DNA of 64,000 bases, taken from assembly GCA_004022145.1 (NCBI GenBank), contig RCNU01000001.1; one strand, 5' to 3'. Made by a program: the position numbers and the translations under genes. A model generated the notes under the pieces. It was given only the letters and a program-made list of their open reading frames with translations. It had not been told where the DNA came from and ran no database searches. Below are positions 12,712 through 25,557 of the stretch, piece by piece; within the stretch, counting starts at the first letter, position 1; every line of letters starts with the position of its first letter. Source of the stretch: Paecilomyces variotii (taxonomy: Eukaryota).

Positions 12712-13816
12712 ATGGCCTCCAAATCGATGGAATTAGGTCATATGGCGAGCACGGGGATGATGAGCGCCTTCGTCAAATCACAGTTTTGTACAAGGCCTCG
12801 TAGAGCGCCAGCCGAAACTGATCTATCGGGGCAGGCTGCCATCATTACAGGTGGCAGCGCAGGGCTAGGGTTCCATTGTGCGCGCCATCTTCTGTCCCTC
12901 AAGTTGTCACATCTCATTCTCGGAGTAAGATCGCTAGAGAAGGGCGAATCGGCCGCTGACAAGCTTCGTATCGACTATCCTGGTGCCAAAATTGATGTCT
13001 GGTATCTTGAGATGTCCTCATATAAATCCATCCAGAATTTTTGTCGACGGGCGGAGACTGATCTCTCGAGACTTGACATCACGATCCTCAATGCCGGCCT
13101 CATGCAACCAAACTTCACTACCTGCTCTACTGGTCATGAGAAAGTTATCCAGGTGAATTACCTTTCGACATTCCTCATGGCTATCTTGATGTTGCCGACA
13201 TGCAAGCACAAGGCGCCGGAGGGTAAGCCTGGCCGGCTTACGATTGTTAGCTCTGGTACAGCACTGTGGGCGAAGTTGTCAAACCGGGACGAACGACCAT
13301 TTCTAGCATCATTCGACGACCCCAAAATCCACCCTTGGGAACCAACAGAAAGATATTTTGACTCAAAAGGCCTGGGGCACTTGTTCTTTGTGCGGATGCT
13401 CGAGTACCTCAATGGGGACGATGTGATTGTCAATCTAGTCGAACCAGGCATGTGCAAGGAGACTGGACTGCAAAGAGATGCTAAGGGTGCCACTGCTCTC
13501 TTTTTGGACACTTTCAAATATCTGGCAGGACGGAAGCCCGAGGACGGAGCATGGACATATGTCGACGCAGCAGTAGTCAAGGGTAAAGAGTCCCACGGCT
13601 GCTTCCTCATGGACTGGAAAATCCATCCGTAGGTTTCATCATGGTTGACTCTGATCACGAACGCTGCTGACAAAGAAATATAGATTCACAAAAATTGTCT
13701 ATCTCTTAGAAGCAAAGCCCCTTGTGGATACACTCTGGGAAGAAATAATGGCTGAGTTTGAGTTTGCAGGAGCGCGCGAAATCCTTGAGAAATGTAAGAA
13801 GGGAGAAGACGCCTAG
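12712..13816 (+). CDS. Short-chain dehydrogenase/reductase (retinol-DH/WWOX-like), 2 exons (intron 13629-13683)
   Basis: IITGGSAGLG, ILNAG, QVNYLS, YFDSK (YxxxK) and VEPG motifs. Exon 2 ends ...KGEDA*. Confidence 0.9.
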
Positions 13817-14008
13817 AAAGAAGCCAGGAGGTGGAAGAGAGGCATTTCTGTACTTCCTTGTCTATTTGTTTGTCCACTAGAAGCTGTGTTCTCCCAATGC
13901 CAAGCGCTGGGTTGGTTGTTATCTGTAAGATGCAGGCGTCGATGGAAGGAAAGTAGTGCTCAACGGCCTCATCATCTGCATATAAACCTCCTTTTCTATT
14001 CTACTAGC

Positions 14009-14127
14009 ACATACGACCATAGGGTGTGGAAAACAGGGCTTCCCGTCCGCTCAGCCGTACTTAAGCCACACGCCGGCAGGTTAGTAGTTGGGTGGGTGAC
14101 CACCAGCGAATCCCTGCTGTTGTATGT
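14009..14127 (+). rRNA. Dispersed 5S rRNA gene
   Basis: ACATACGACCATAGGGTGTGGAAAACAGGGCTTCCCGTCCGCTCAGCCGTACTTAAGCC...CTGTTGTATGT (119 nt, complementary ends). A T-run Pol III terminator follows, and TATAAA lies about 28 nt upstream. Confidence 0.97.
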
Positions 14128-14871
14128 TTTTATTTTTTTTTTATATTTGTATTTCTCCTTCATTGAGGTCGTTTTGGACCGATTCTGGGCTCGTCAAATT
14201 CACTAACCGCCCCCCAAATGTCGCGTGTTGTAAGTCCGGGTGTGATTCGAATACCTCTTTGCCCAACGACTCACTAGATAGTGGTTAAAAGCGCGCCTGA
14301 ACGAGTATAGCGCCCGTTACAAGTATAGTTTCATGTTGATTCTCATAATAATCTCGTGAAGGTGTTTCTGATTCATATGTCCACCTTCCGTTTTGGGATA
14401 TAGAACAAGAGCTTAGTGCTCCGATGTATAGTTTATAAGGGTTGCTAACCTTTCTATACCGGTAGTCTAGTACAGTAATTTCAGGCTGGTTCTCTGACGC
14501 TCATTATAGCTGCAATACCTACTATATTGTCAGGCCGTTAATTAGAGAGATGATAATAAGACCTTGTGTGAATTCTGCTCCTATCGTACAAACCCCAATT
14601 CACTGATCCCCAATTGAAACATCATGTGTGTAGGTATAAGAATTTATGTAGCACGAACTCCATATCATCAATAGCTGGCAATAGATGTGACACGCAGGGA
14701 TATTAATATAGTAGAAAGCTCACAAGGGTTCCAAGATACAACCAAATCATAATCACAAATTGCGTAACGTAATATAGTCAACCTCAAATTCCAGCGGAGA
14801 TGCAATAACCATTTTCCTTCCTCGCTTGCTCTCCGCACCTGTATTTGTACAAGCCGTTTTCTGTTTTTTCC

Positions 14872-16526
14872 TTACGCCACCAACTGCTCTTGGTCGGAGA
14901 TTTCTTCTCTGTTGCGCGCTAGTTTTTGGCAGAAAGTGCTGCGCGCACGCATAGTCGGGCCCCAGCGGATAAAAGCGAAGGGAATAGGAACTAGTAGGAT
15001 GCAGAGACAACCCAGAAGGGTACAAGCCCATGCAGTGCCCAAGTTCTGGTATAGTGGGTAAGTAGCCAATGTCAGGAGTAGACAGGCAATAATGTTGCGG
15101 AGGAAGACACTTGACGCCAAGACGGAGGAACTGTACATATCGTATGCATCGGCGAGGTAGTTGTTCAGCGCGAGGACATTGAGATCCACTCCCGTTCCCA
15201 GTGGGATGCCTGATAGCGCTGGTATAATCCAATGGATGTCAGGACGGGCCGTCCATCCTAGCCAGAACTGGGATATCACAAATAGAGGCCCTCCTAGACA
15301 CGCGAGTGGGAGTCGTCGATATTCTTCCCGGAGACTCCATTGCTTCCCTTGCTGGACTGCGCGTCTATGATATGCATCCCAGGCAAGGAAGACAAATACT
15401 CCAAGTATGGCACCAATACCAGTCGGGATAAACATCAACGAGGAGAATCCTGGAGAGAACCCGTATGTATCCTGAAAGACAATCGGGTATGCTCCGAAGT
15501 ATAAGTAGAAAATGACATATTGATAGAGCAAGAAAATATCAGCGAAGAATACGATTGGCTCTGCCAGCATTCGAATCGGGCGTGTGAGTACAAGGAGGGA
15601 GAATTTCTCCGGCTTTTTGCTCGAAGTCGAGAGTCGAGCTTGTTCTTTGTCATGTGTTTGGCGAGATTTACGCTTTGTAGCCAGTGTTTCTATAATCGGT
15701 ATGATCAGCAAAGAAATTCTAGAATGAACGACAGCTTCGCGGATACTCACCAGGCATCATAATCAACAAGGGCCAATTGACACCTTCGAGTGCCAGCAAT
15801 ATCCAAAACTGCCATTTCCAGTGCACGGTTGATGTGAATCCCGATATTATTGGCCCGACCAGCGGGCCCAAGCTACTTGTAAGTCCCAACGTCGTCACTG
15901 CTCGTCCTCTAGGCCCTAGATCTTGATAGATGTCTGAAAACAGCCCGCTCGATACTGTCTGCGGTGCTGCAGCCCCGCAACCAAGCATGAAGCGGAAGAA
16001 TAAAAATGCAGGCCAATTCGGCGCAAGGGCACAGCCCAATGTAAAAGCCGTATATATAGCAAAAGAAGATAGATAGACAGGTCGCCTCCCCCAAGATTCT
16101 GACAGGGGAGCGAACAGGATAGGTCCGAATATATATCCAATCAGGAACACAGACACAGGCAATGTGAACTGGTATTGAGAGGTGATGCCGAAAGCTTTGT
16201 TGAGCGAGTCTTCAGCTCCACTGGGGAGAGACGCGCCGAGAGTAACTGTCAAGTTGGCAAGATTCACGGCAACTTCAATGAATGCTTTCTTGGCCTGTTT
16301 ACATGTATCAGTCAATTTCTCTTCGAATGAAGAAATGATATTCATTTATATATACCGTTGAGAATTCAGTCGCCAAGCCTGCATTGTCATCATGCTGGTG
16401 GTCATTCTGCACTGGAGTATCAGGGCGAGATGGGCCAGGTGTACCAAGGGTGGAGAATGACGGCTTTTCTTGTAGGGCGTGAATTCTGATGTCGTCCTTG
16501 GAAGATTCTGATAATAAGGTCAGCAT
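14872..16526 (-). CDS. MFS multidrug transporter (DHA1 family), ~3 exons
   Basis: GPILFAPLSESWGRRPVY, GPLVGPIISG, RPIRMLAEP, EEYRRL, NYLADAY and FIRWGPTMRARS motifs. Confidence 0.9.
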
Positions 16527-19073
16527 ATAGATCTATCAAAGTGTTTCGAACAACGATAGCATGTGTTGATTGTCAAGACGAATACTCACCGAAAGGGTTC
16601 TTGCCCGTCTGCAATTCTATATTGAGAGCCATGGCAATAGCATAGACGTCGCGTCACGTCCCTTGGAACCGTCCCACGTACCCTCCAGCCTTACCAATAG
16701 CTATAAAGCTACAACTCGCAACAATTTGGAACAAATCGTACCGTATATATCCCTGTCAAATTTTCCAGTAGCCGTTTCACTTACCCTAAGGCACTGTCCT
16801 TGGACCATATATAATGGGAAAAAAATTGGAAAAGGAAACCAAAAGTCCTGCTCGACATGATCACTAGGAGATCTACAGCTACGCGAAATATATGTGGATC
16901 GCCCCGCTCATCGTTGTTACATCTGATGTGTTCACAGATAAGAAAAAGCTCCTATGACACCCTAAGCATTCCTCCGCTGGTCGTCTGCCCTGTTAAGAGA
17001 CATAATTCGGGAATAACGGAACCACCCCATGGAGTAGGAGCTTCATAAAATGTGAGCTCCATACTCTAAGTGTACGCGCCGCGAATGGGTAGTTCCGCGC
17101 TTATGCAGAACGAAGCTGCAAGAGTCTGCGGGTGGAGAGATGCACTGACCTAAGCTTCTGTCAACGGTGCATTATATCCCAGATAATTCTACAGTATAGA
17201 CCTGGGAGTTTTTCCACAATAATTGATTGGTTCGATACAGTTGGACCCCTAGATGCTTCATTCTTGGAGGCGTCTGCGGACCCACAATGATATAGAATCC
17301 GTCGCTCAGAACTCCAAGCCCTACATTCCTTGACGTCGATCACTAGGATTTTCACCCCTAGATTGTCTTCTTTTTTGTTAGTTGTTAGAGTTACTCTATA
17401 GAAACCCTGTCCCGATATCCCAACTGTCATGCATGTATATCTAAGTACCAAGGAGCCGGACCCTCACAGTGGAACCGAGATTTTTTGATATCGTTACTCA
17501 TGTCCAGTTTCAGAACTGCACTGCTTCTCTACAGAGAAAGCTAGTTTTTAAAGAGCGTAGCTAAACTTTCATCGACTGCTAGTTATTTAGTCCGCTATCC
17601 CCGCTCTCCAGTCTCAACTACATATCCAGAATGGATAACCTCTCTGCCAAGCAATCGGTATGAAAAGGCATATAAGACGGAAACTGATAAGCCAGATGGA
17701 GTTCACATGAACCGCCATATCATACTGCCGTCATAGAGCTATCTCAAAACATATCTCACGGTCAAGACGCGTGTGTCTACTTTCTCGCATATGTTAGTTA
17801 CACTGACGGTGCGCGCAATCACAGCTTACAAGAGCTCCAAACCATAGGATCGGCCCGTATTACTTAGGAGGAACTTTCTACTCCACCAGCAAACCCTCTA
17901 GCCGCCGGAATCCACATTCGACATATCCGCAAGGGTAGCTCTAGCCTGCAGCTCCAGCAGCTCCTGTGGGTCCCGTTCGAGTTCATACGGATAGCAAAGA
18001 TGGATGACATAGTGATCATCTTCCAGGGCTTTACTGAACGTAGAGTCTATATATACGCATACATACATCGTTCAGAACATATCAAGAACCTGATGTTGGA
18101 CACATCTCATGACCTGATATGGTCTCATGACCCGATATGGAAACTTTCAAGGACCATCCCTGGGCTTTTTAAGGCGTTATTGCGTGAGTTATGGTAGATT
18201 GGGATGATAATTGCCGGGTATCTGGTTTCTAGAGCTTTCCGAGGAATGCGGTTACGTTGTGGATGCCGGTTAAGGCGATTAGGTGTTGTGTTATCAAGGA
18301 CAAGTGACGCAAATCCCGCTTATAATGCCGATAGGCTGTCACAAGTCTTTGCCTGTTAATTACTTATTTGGAGTAAACCATCTATTTTTAATTGATCAGG
18401 ATAGACCGTGTTCTTTTTTAGCTTTCAGGGAAGAATTTATGAGTATACAAGCACACGTGCGTGCAAAGACAAAACAAGTCTGGTGTTAGATATAAGTATG
18501 ATACGTAACTTTCTGCTATATATATAGGTTTTACTACTAATCCAGTTGAAAATATAACTGCAGAAGTTTATAAACCTCAATGAGGTGTCTATGTATGTGT
18601 TAACTGGAAAAATTCCTTCCATTCTCGAGAGATTTTATAGGTATAGAGAAGTCATAAATTCATTTCAGTAAGGGAAAATACTAAACTTAGGGGGAATATA
18701 AGAGGAACATATATAAAAGGAAAATCACACCATCATCAGTACATAATCCCACTTCGTACTGCCGTGCCGTATATCGTATTTGTCAATTTGCCCGTGTTCA
18801 TCATAGGTTTAGAATCAATCCAAGGGGATATATAGACAGAATGAACATGAATCAACCCAAAGAAAGTAACAACACGAATGGAAAACAGTATAAAACAGAA
18901 GAACACATTAGCTCGCCTCATTGTAGTGAATAACCCAACATTATAGAAACAATTAACCCCTAGCGATACATCTCCCCCAAATAAACTCCACATACGTGAT
19001 AGTCGCTGCTCATTGTCTTGTGTATTTGTTTGAATCCAAATAGTCAATTGTCGACATCGCGAAACTATAAGGG

Positions 19074-19113
<40 letters not shown>
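19074..19113 (+). repeat. Poly(A) homopolymer (40 nt)
   Basis: Uninterrupted A run. Confidence 0.95.
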
Positions 19114-19115
<2 letters not shown>

Positions 19116-20060
19116 GAATGTAATGGAGTCTTCAAGTTGAATGCTCGTCTATGGAACGAAGAGGTATTTTCTGAACCCCAGCAGCACCAATATGTTTGGC
19201 GCTTCGTCTCACGGATAATTCTCTGGCGTCATCTGCTTGATAAAGTCTGGGTTTTACCCCTTGCTATCCCCGTTGGTGGTCAAATCAGCCCTGTGTGATA
19301 CAGGAGAGAGGCGGACACTCTCTCTAGCATGTCCTGATAATCGAGTAGACGAATGAAAGACGGTCTTTTTCGAATACCCCAGGGTTGAAGCATCATTCAA
19401 GTGATTCTCCAAGTTCCAGTCCGGTATTGCTGCAGTGCCTGTGGTATATAAAAGCCATGTGCGTCGTCAATCACAATAATCGGTTCAATCCATGGTGAGC
19501 ATGTGGCTAGATCGCGAAGCCTCATTATTGCAACCGATAAAATGGTCATAATCGCAGATGAATCCTCATGTAAATCCATCATAGGAGGGGTCATATTGAC
19601 TTGACAAACTTGCTTCCATGCATTCAACATCTGACATGGCAGGGACCGTAGCAGCTGAATAAACATATAATGGACAATTCTGCCCATTACGGGAGCGAAG
19701 TTTGATCGAGATATACTATCCCAATCTGGGCTATACTCAAGGTTGTCGTCTTCTGATTCTGTCTGAGACATGTGCATGGAGACAGTAGTTGCTTGGAGGA
19801 CAAGGAGCATAGCGACGACCGTAGTCTTGTCCGAAGCGCGGATAGTCGCTTATGATGGACCCTTATGAGATCGCTTTTAGGCCCTGAAATGGTAATAGTG
19901 GTCGAGGTTGATTTGGCTGTTCCATACATAGAAGCGCCGCCACGATGGTGCAGTGAAGAGGGGATGGCGTCAGACCGAGTCAGACGAGGGGGCTCTAATT
20001 TCCTTTGCGTGGTGGCAATCATAGCTCCAGGTTCAAATATACGCAGACCTGGCTCTACAA

Positions 20061-22190
20061 TCAGACCGATATACAAAGGTAAATAGTTAGAGAGACAGAA
20101 CGGTAATACACACTTATCAAGATCCGCGACAATGGTAATTGGTCGGAGAACACTTTCCTGGAGCCTGTGATTTCTTGCGTCGCTTCGTCGTAGGGGGGTA
20201 TAGAGCATAACAAGCCCTTGTAGACCACCGAGTTAATGGAACGGTGAATGTTCTTCACTGCTGGATGAATGCAAGGTTTCTTGGAGACTCTGTCGAGCGA
20301 TAGACTGCGCACGTTTCCTTTGTACTGTCCGTATCCCCCCACAAGGCACAAAGGTCGCAGTTGAGCCTGTCCGTCGTGGTTGCACTTATGACAGCCGAAC
20401 GTCGCAGTACCATCCTGAGGACAGTTAAAGTAGGAACCGACGATGTGTCCACATTTCCTGCACTCTCTTGGGGGTATATCCTGGCGAGACCTTTTTGACT
20501 TCCGATCCTTGGTCTTCACCGCACGCTGGAGTACGTCAGATCTTATCGAGTCTGACTGAGACTTGGACTGTGAATCTCCATCATCTATAACAGATCCAGC
20601 TGGGAAAGGCGAGTCACGCTCCGAGAACTTGGGCTTTGGTTCCGTCGAACTGGTACTTTGAGAAGAGCGACGACTACTCCCAAGGTTCCAGAGGCTCGAC
20701 TCAATGGATCGATCTATACCTGACAGGTAGTTCAAACTTCCTTGCTGTGGCATGCCACTGCTTCCTCCGCCAGCTGGGCCTGGGCCGTGATTGTTTCCAT
20801 CACCAGGTCTCCCTCCAGGGTTTCCACCATTGCCATTGTTGACAGAATTGCCAGAAATATCATCTGACTGCTCAGGAAGGCGGCCATGTTCGATCATGCA
20901 ATTTACAAGACCGTCCCAGCTGACGACATTCTCGCGACACCATCTGCATTGTCTGGGAGCAGGTCTATCTGTTAACCGCCGGAGACTGTCGATTTGTTCT
21001 TTTGCCAGTGCTCTGTGGCGAGAATGATTTGCGCCGTTGCGAGAATGACTTCTATAATGATCATTCACTTTGTCACGTCTGTATGTGAGGACATTGCATT
21101 GACGGCATATGTAAAATTTATGCTTCGTGTGCTCAGCTATTATGTGACGCTGTATTATGCTCTTGTGAGCAAACAGTCGTCCGTCGTTGCATTCAACACA
21201 ACAGTAGCGTCCTCCGGGCCTTTGTGGTTGGATACCTGCAGGTCTGGGTGTTCTTGCAGGTCGTGGTTCCTCCCAACCTGACTGTATTATTGACATCATT
21301 CCCTGCTGCAGATGCACCCACCTCTCGAGCTGTCGCAACGTATCGGCATAGCTGAGCTGTGGACCATCATCTGGAAATCCCCACAGCGACCATATTGCAT
21401 TCATTCGCCTTTGCTCCAATTCGTCTCCCCATACTGCCAGAGGAATTCGATCACTCGCCGTGGACATACTTGGCCAATTTTGTAGATACTCTGTCCCCTC
21501 TAGGACACTAGCCGGATCAGCGTTGACGGTAAGTCCGGATCCTATTTGCGTGAGATCTTGCAGAGAGCTCTCAGTCTGTTCATACTGAGAATCCATAGGG
21601 TCGAAATCGTGGTGTTCGTATGCGCCTAGACTTGTGGGACTCGTCGATGTCGGGACATGGGTAGGGTGCGACACATCGGAATACTAGAATGATCATTAAC
21701 CCAGTACAACAACAGAATATGAAGCTCATACTATGTAATTGCTATCGGGACCTGGGAGAATGAGGTCAGGAAGAGCAATAGTGGGTTGTCCGTCATAATC
21801 CCTACCGCGAATTAAGACCTCCTGTGCTGAGCCCATGGTGCCATGAGACCCCAGGGACGGCCGTCTATGAGGATGCGCCATGGAGACGGAGAGGATATGC
21901 AGATGTGCAGAAGTGACAGTATCGAGTTCAATATGATCAATTAATGACCCTTGGGCCACGGCATTGACAATGTACGGGCTCGACAGAGAAGAGGAAACAG
22001 CGGGCTTCCAGACATACTCCGGAAGTTCGTCTGCGTGAGCGAGGTCAGGATTTATCTCTCGCTGTCGGCCAGAGATGTTCGGGTGATAAGAGCTCACCCG
22101 GCCTCCAGCGAAGATTCGTATCTTTCGTTACGGATGAAACGATACATGCAGCCGCATTTACGACGATACAGTATGTATATGGTACGGTCT
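20061..22190 (-). CDS. Orphan-like C2H2 zinc-finger protein, multi-exon, both ends uncertain
   Basis: 537-codon ORF with CVEC...HIIAEH, CRQC...HYRSH and CRWC...CMIEH. It joins in frame to upstream exons via introns 21684-21731 (GTATGA...CTAG) and 22031-22097 (GTGAG...CTGAC...CAG). Confidence 0.6.
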
Positions 22191-25100
22191 GCGGAAGAAG
22201 AAAGACAAGGCAACCTATCCCCAGACAGATCCAGACGAGATTCTGACGCGGAGAGAGGGCTATGACTGGACCTAGAGCTCCCTAGTCGCTGACATTGCAG
22301 CAATCGGGATTGCGTCTTCCATGTCGATCTAGGAGATCAGGAGTCCGCCTCTTCGGACGAAACCCCAGGGAGGAGGATCGCTTAGTGTCATGTCCGATTT
22401 GATGAAGACCTCCGGACCTAATTTGAAAGAATGATCCTAGATGATGATCTTCTTCGCGCTTTCTAACACATACACAACTCTGTCTGCCATGCAATCTAAT
22501 TAGCAACACGGCCTTGGCGAGACACTAGATAGAGTGAAGACCGAGATAGGCACTCCGGCTTACGGTTCCCCAGTGACGTGTACAGCGAGAAGATGAAGGG
22601 GCCTTAGCCAGCCCCGATTGCAATTACCGTTGTTTCGGCCAATCTTATTTCTCAGTCGTGTTGCGTTCTCAGACCGTTGGCTAACTTACCGCGCAGGCCA
22701 TCCCAGCATATCCAGTCGCGGAAAGTCGCTAGAGCACAAGAGACGCTTCGCTACGGCTTGGAAAAAAACAGTCCGATCTGTCCTATGCGACTCTGCATTA
22801 ATCGCCAGCTTGTGTTCCATAGAACGATTCCTTGCGACCCGTATACCAAGCCCTCGGGTCAAGAACCTTGCAGTAACAGTTACGGCTAGGGATGGAAAAC
22901 AATCGCATAACTGCGCCTGATAGGGCGGTGTTTCCTTGACAATACTTATCGGCCGTTTCTCACTGATGTCAAAACTTAGCTTCTCTCGGCGATTGCGTCG
23001 TTGCCACGTGCTTGGTCCCTATAATCTATATCTACTCCGTATTATTGTTTTCGGATCATGGCTCCCGTGAGCCAACTAGTGTGAACAACTGCACATCATC
23101 CGAGTAGCGTCTTGAGCTGCCCTAAAGTAGTTCAGACGACGGTTTCGATGTCTTCGCGCCAGGCTATCAAGGACGACGAGCTCCCTCTTGGCATCCTCCG
23201 GGCGAAGCAGCAGGTGGTGAGCGAGCGGTGAGTTCACTGACGATGGGCGTGTGACCTCTGATGGAGGCTGCGTTTTGGGTAGCTGGATACTGGATTCCGA
23301 TTCCGTGTTTTGGTCTCTTGGTCTTGTTGTACAAAGCTTGCTCGGAAATAATAACTAACCCGTTCTGCTGACCAGACGGGACCTCCAGGGCTCGCCACAG
23401 GCTCCGTGGGTCATACTACTATCCCATTGTCGGCTAGATAGTTAAGCTTATCGAAGGTATCTCCAGAGTCTGCTTGTGTTCCTGAAACAAAGAAGAATGC
23501 TCCACGTGGGCGAGTGGCGGTGCAAGCAAGATGCAATAATAACTAGTACAGGGGCCATGCTTGTCATTTTCATTTTTGCATCGCATCGCGAACTTGAACG
23601 ACCTCGGCTCTTCAGAGCGTTGTTTTTCTCAGCCGCCGCGCATGGACCGCTGAGAAGTCTAAAGTCAATTGAAAATGCCAGCGTTTCAGCTTTGAGACTC
23701 AGCAAATCGCCTTTGATGGTACATAGTCGAAAAAAGGAAAAAGGGAAAAAAAGAAACTCTCAGAAAGCGGTGAGAAAGACTCAATAATCAAGTCAGTTTC
23801 TCCCTCCGAAGCGCTCATGCTCGCTGGTCCCCATCGATAATAGCCGAGATGTCTGGCAGCGAACGCGCACCTCTTGTCTCAGTGCGATGTCGATCTCTAG
23901 CCAAATCTGTGCGCGGGTCTCGTGCCAGCTCCTGCGCTGCTCATCCCAAACGGGGGACAAGCAGTAGCCATGCAGCAGACAGGAGGCATACTCTCCTCCA
24001 TACGCGAAGAGAGACGGTAAAAATAGCCCAATGGTCGAATCACGCCCCGGTCTGAACAGGTAGTCTCTCCGTTCACTGCAGTCTCAATGGGAGGCCTTAC
24101 GGATGTCCGGAAATCACTCGCATCCAGCATGCTAGAGTAGAGCCATGAGAGCTCTAGTTATCTTCCTGGAACGCTAAAGTTAGCAACTTTCAACCCGATC
24201 CTCGTTTTGTTCGAGAAGCGTCAGAAGTTACACGGACGCTTACAAGACAGCTGGACGGTTCGTTACAGTACCTTACCACGGCGCTTGTCCGGGAGAACGT
24301 CGCTCACGCGGGGTCCCCTAAGATGGATAGACCCGATAAGTGTTGAGACTCGACGCCAAAACGCCGGAGATTTGCGATCGGAACATGGATCAAGAAATCA
24401 TCGGGCAGCAACCGGAGCTTACACCCGCAGAGCCTCTATCGCCGGTTGTCCCTGATGTCCCTGATGACGGAACTAACTCAATGGTAACTACGGAGTAATT
24501 GGCGATGCCGAGTGTACCTACCAACCCCCCCCTCCTCAGCTGTCGGAATACCATCTCTACAGTGTTGTTACAGTTGGGCAAGATTCGATTGTCTGTCCAT
24601 TAAGTACCACCTCTACAGAAGGCAGTGCAAGAACGATGCATGTCTGCGGACGATGGCCGAGCTACAACCTGCTCCATCAGACATGGGACGTCCCCAATTG
24701 CACTGCCTTGACACAGGATATCATGAGCCACGTCAATCTCTCTGGGAAAATGTGATTAAGTGACTGGACATAATTCTGTTAAATACTCACCATACGGTGG
24801 GGACGAACTCCGCGCTGCAGTCAATGTCATTCACCTGAATGAGACTGCGGGCAACCACGGAAGAGCAATTGACTTCCATTCAAGCGCATACTTATTGGCT
24901 CGACCACTGAACTCGGGGGGCTATGCACTTGTCCCTGGTTCAGTATCTTTTGATTTGACTGCGCCTTGCTAGAACACTGTTGCACAGCACAGACAATCCG
25001 TCCTCAATCTCGTTTCCACTTTTATGGTAGAGAGCGTTCTCATCATCAGAAATCAACGGTCACCCTACTCGTCCTGAGAGTAATGCCCCGTTTAGGCAAC

Positions 25101-25557
25101 GGCTTGGAAAGATCACGCACGGCCTGGATAAATCACGCAAGTTAGAAAGAATGAGGCTTCTATGGCTGAGTTGGCGCGTCGTAGAAACTCTCAACCATCG
25201 GATCCCCCTTCCCAAAGCCCCTATAGCTCCGGATTGACTCACCAGCAGATTTAGGCAACAATTCATCCACAATTCATCCGACAGAGGTTCACCTGGCATT
25301 GGGGGAGCACAGTTGATATACATATGGTGCGGAAACGGCTCTTATCAAGGCATAGCGGCTACTCCCGGCAATATGACGTCTTTACGCTCGCTTTGTTGCG
25401 GTTCTGACAGGATAAATGACAAAATATCCGTGGATATCCGGACGGGTTTTGTTTCTTACAGTACATCTTTGCCTGATTACTCTGGCCTGTACCGTGTGGT
25501 AAGTCCGTTACAACTATACATGCATTTGCTTGATCATGATTCAGGACAGATGTCTGC

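Noticed and set aside
14230-14320. tRNA-like words (TTCGAAT, AGTGGTTAAAAGCG) just downstream of the 5S gene
   Set aside because: The A- and B-box-like words are in the wrong order or orientation, and no cloverleaf can be built.
18105-18140. 18-bp tandem duplication and the adjacent AT-rich 18.3-18.7 kb stretch as a solo LTR
   Set aside because: Only two repeat units, and no convincing TG...CA ends with a TSD.
19074-19113. Poly(A) run as the tail of a LINE, SINE or retrocopy
   Set aside because: No target-site duplication or RT remnant is visible, so I treat it as a simple homopolymer.
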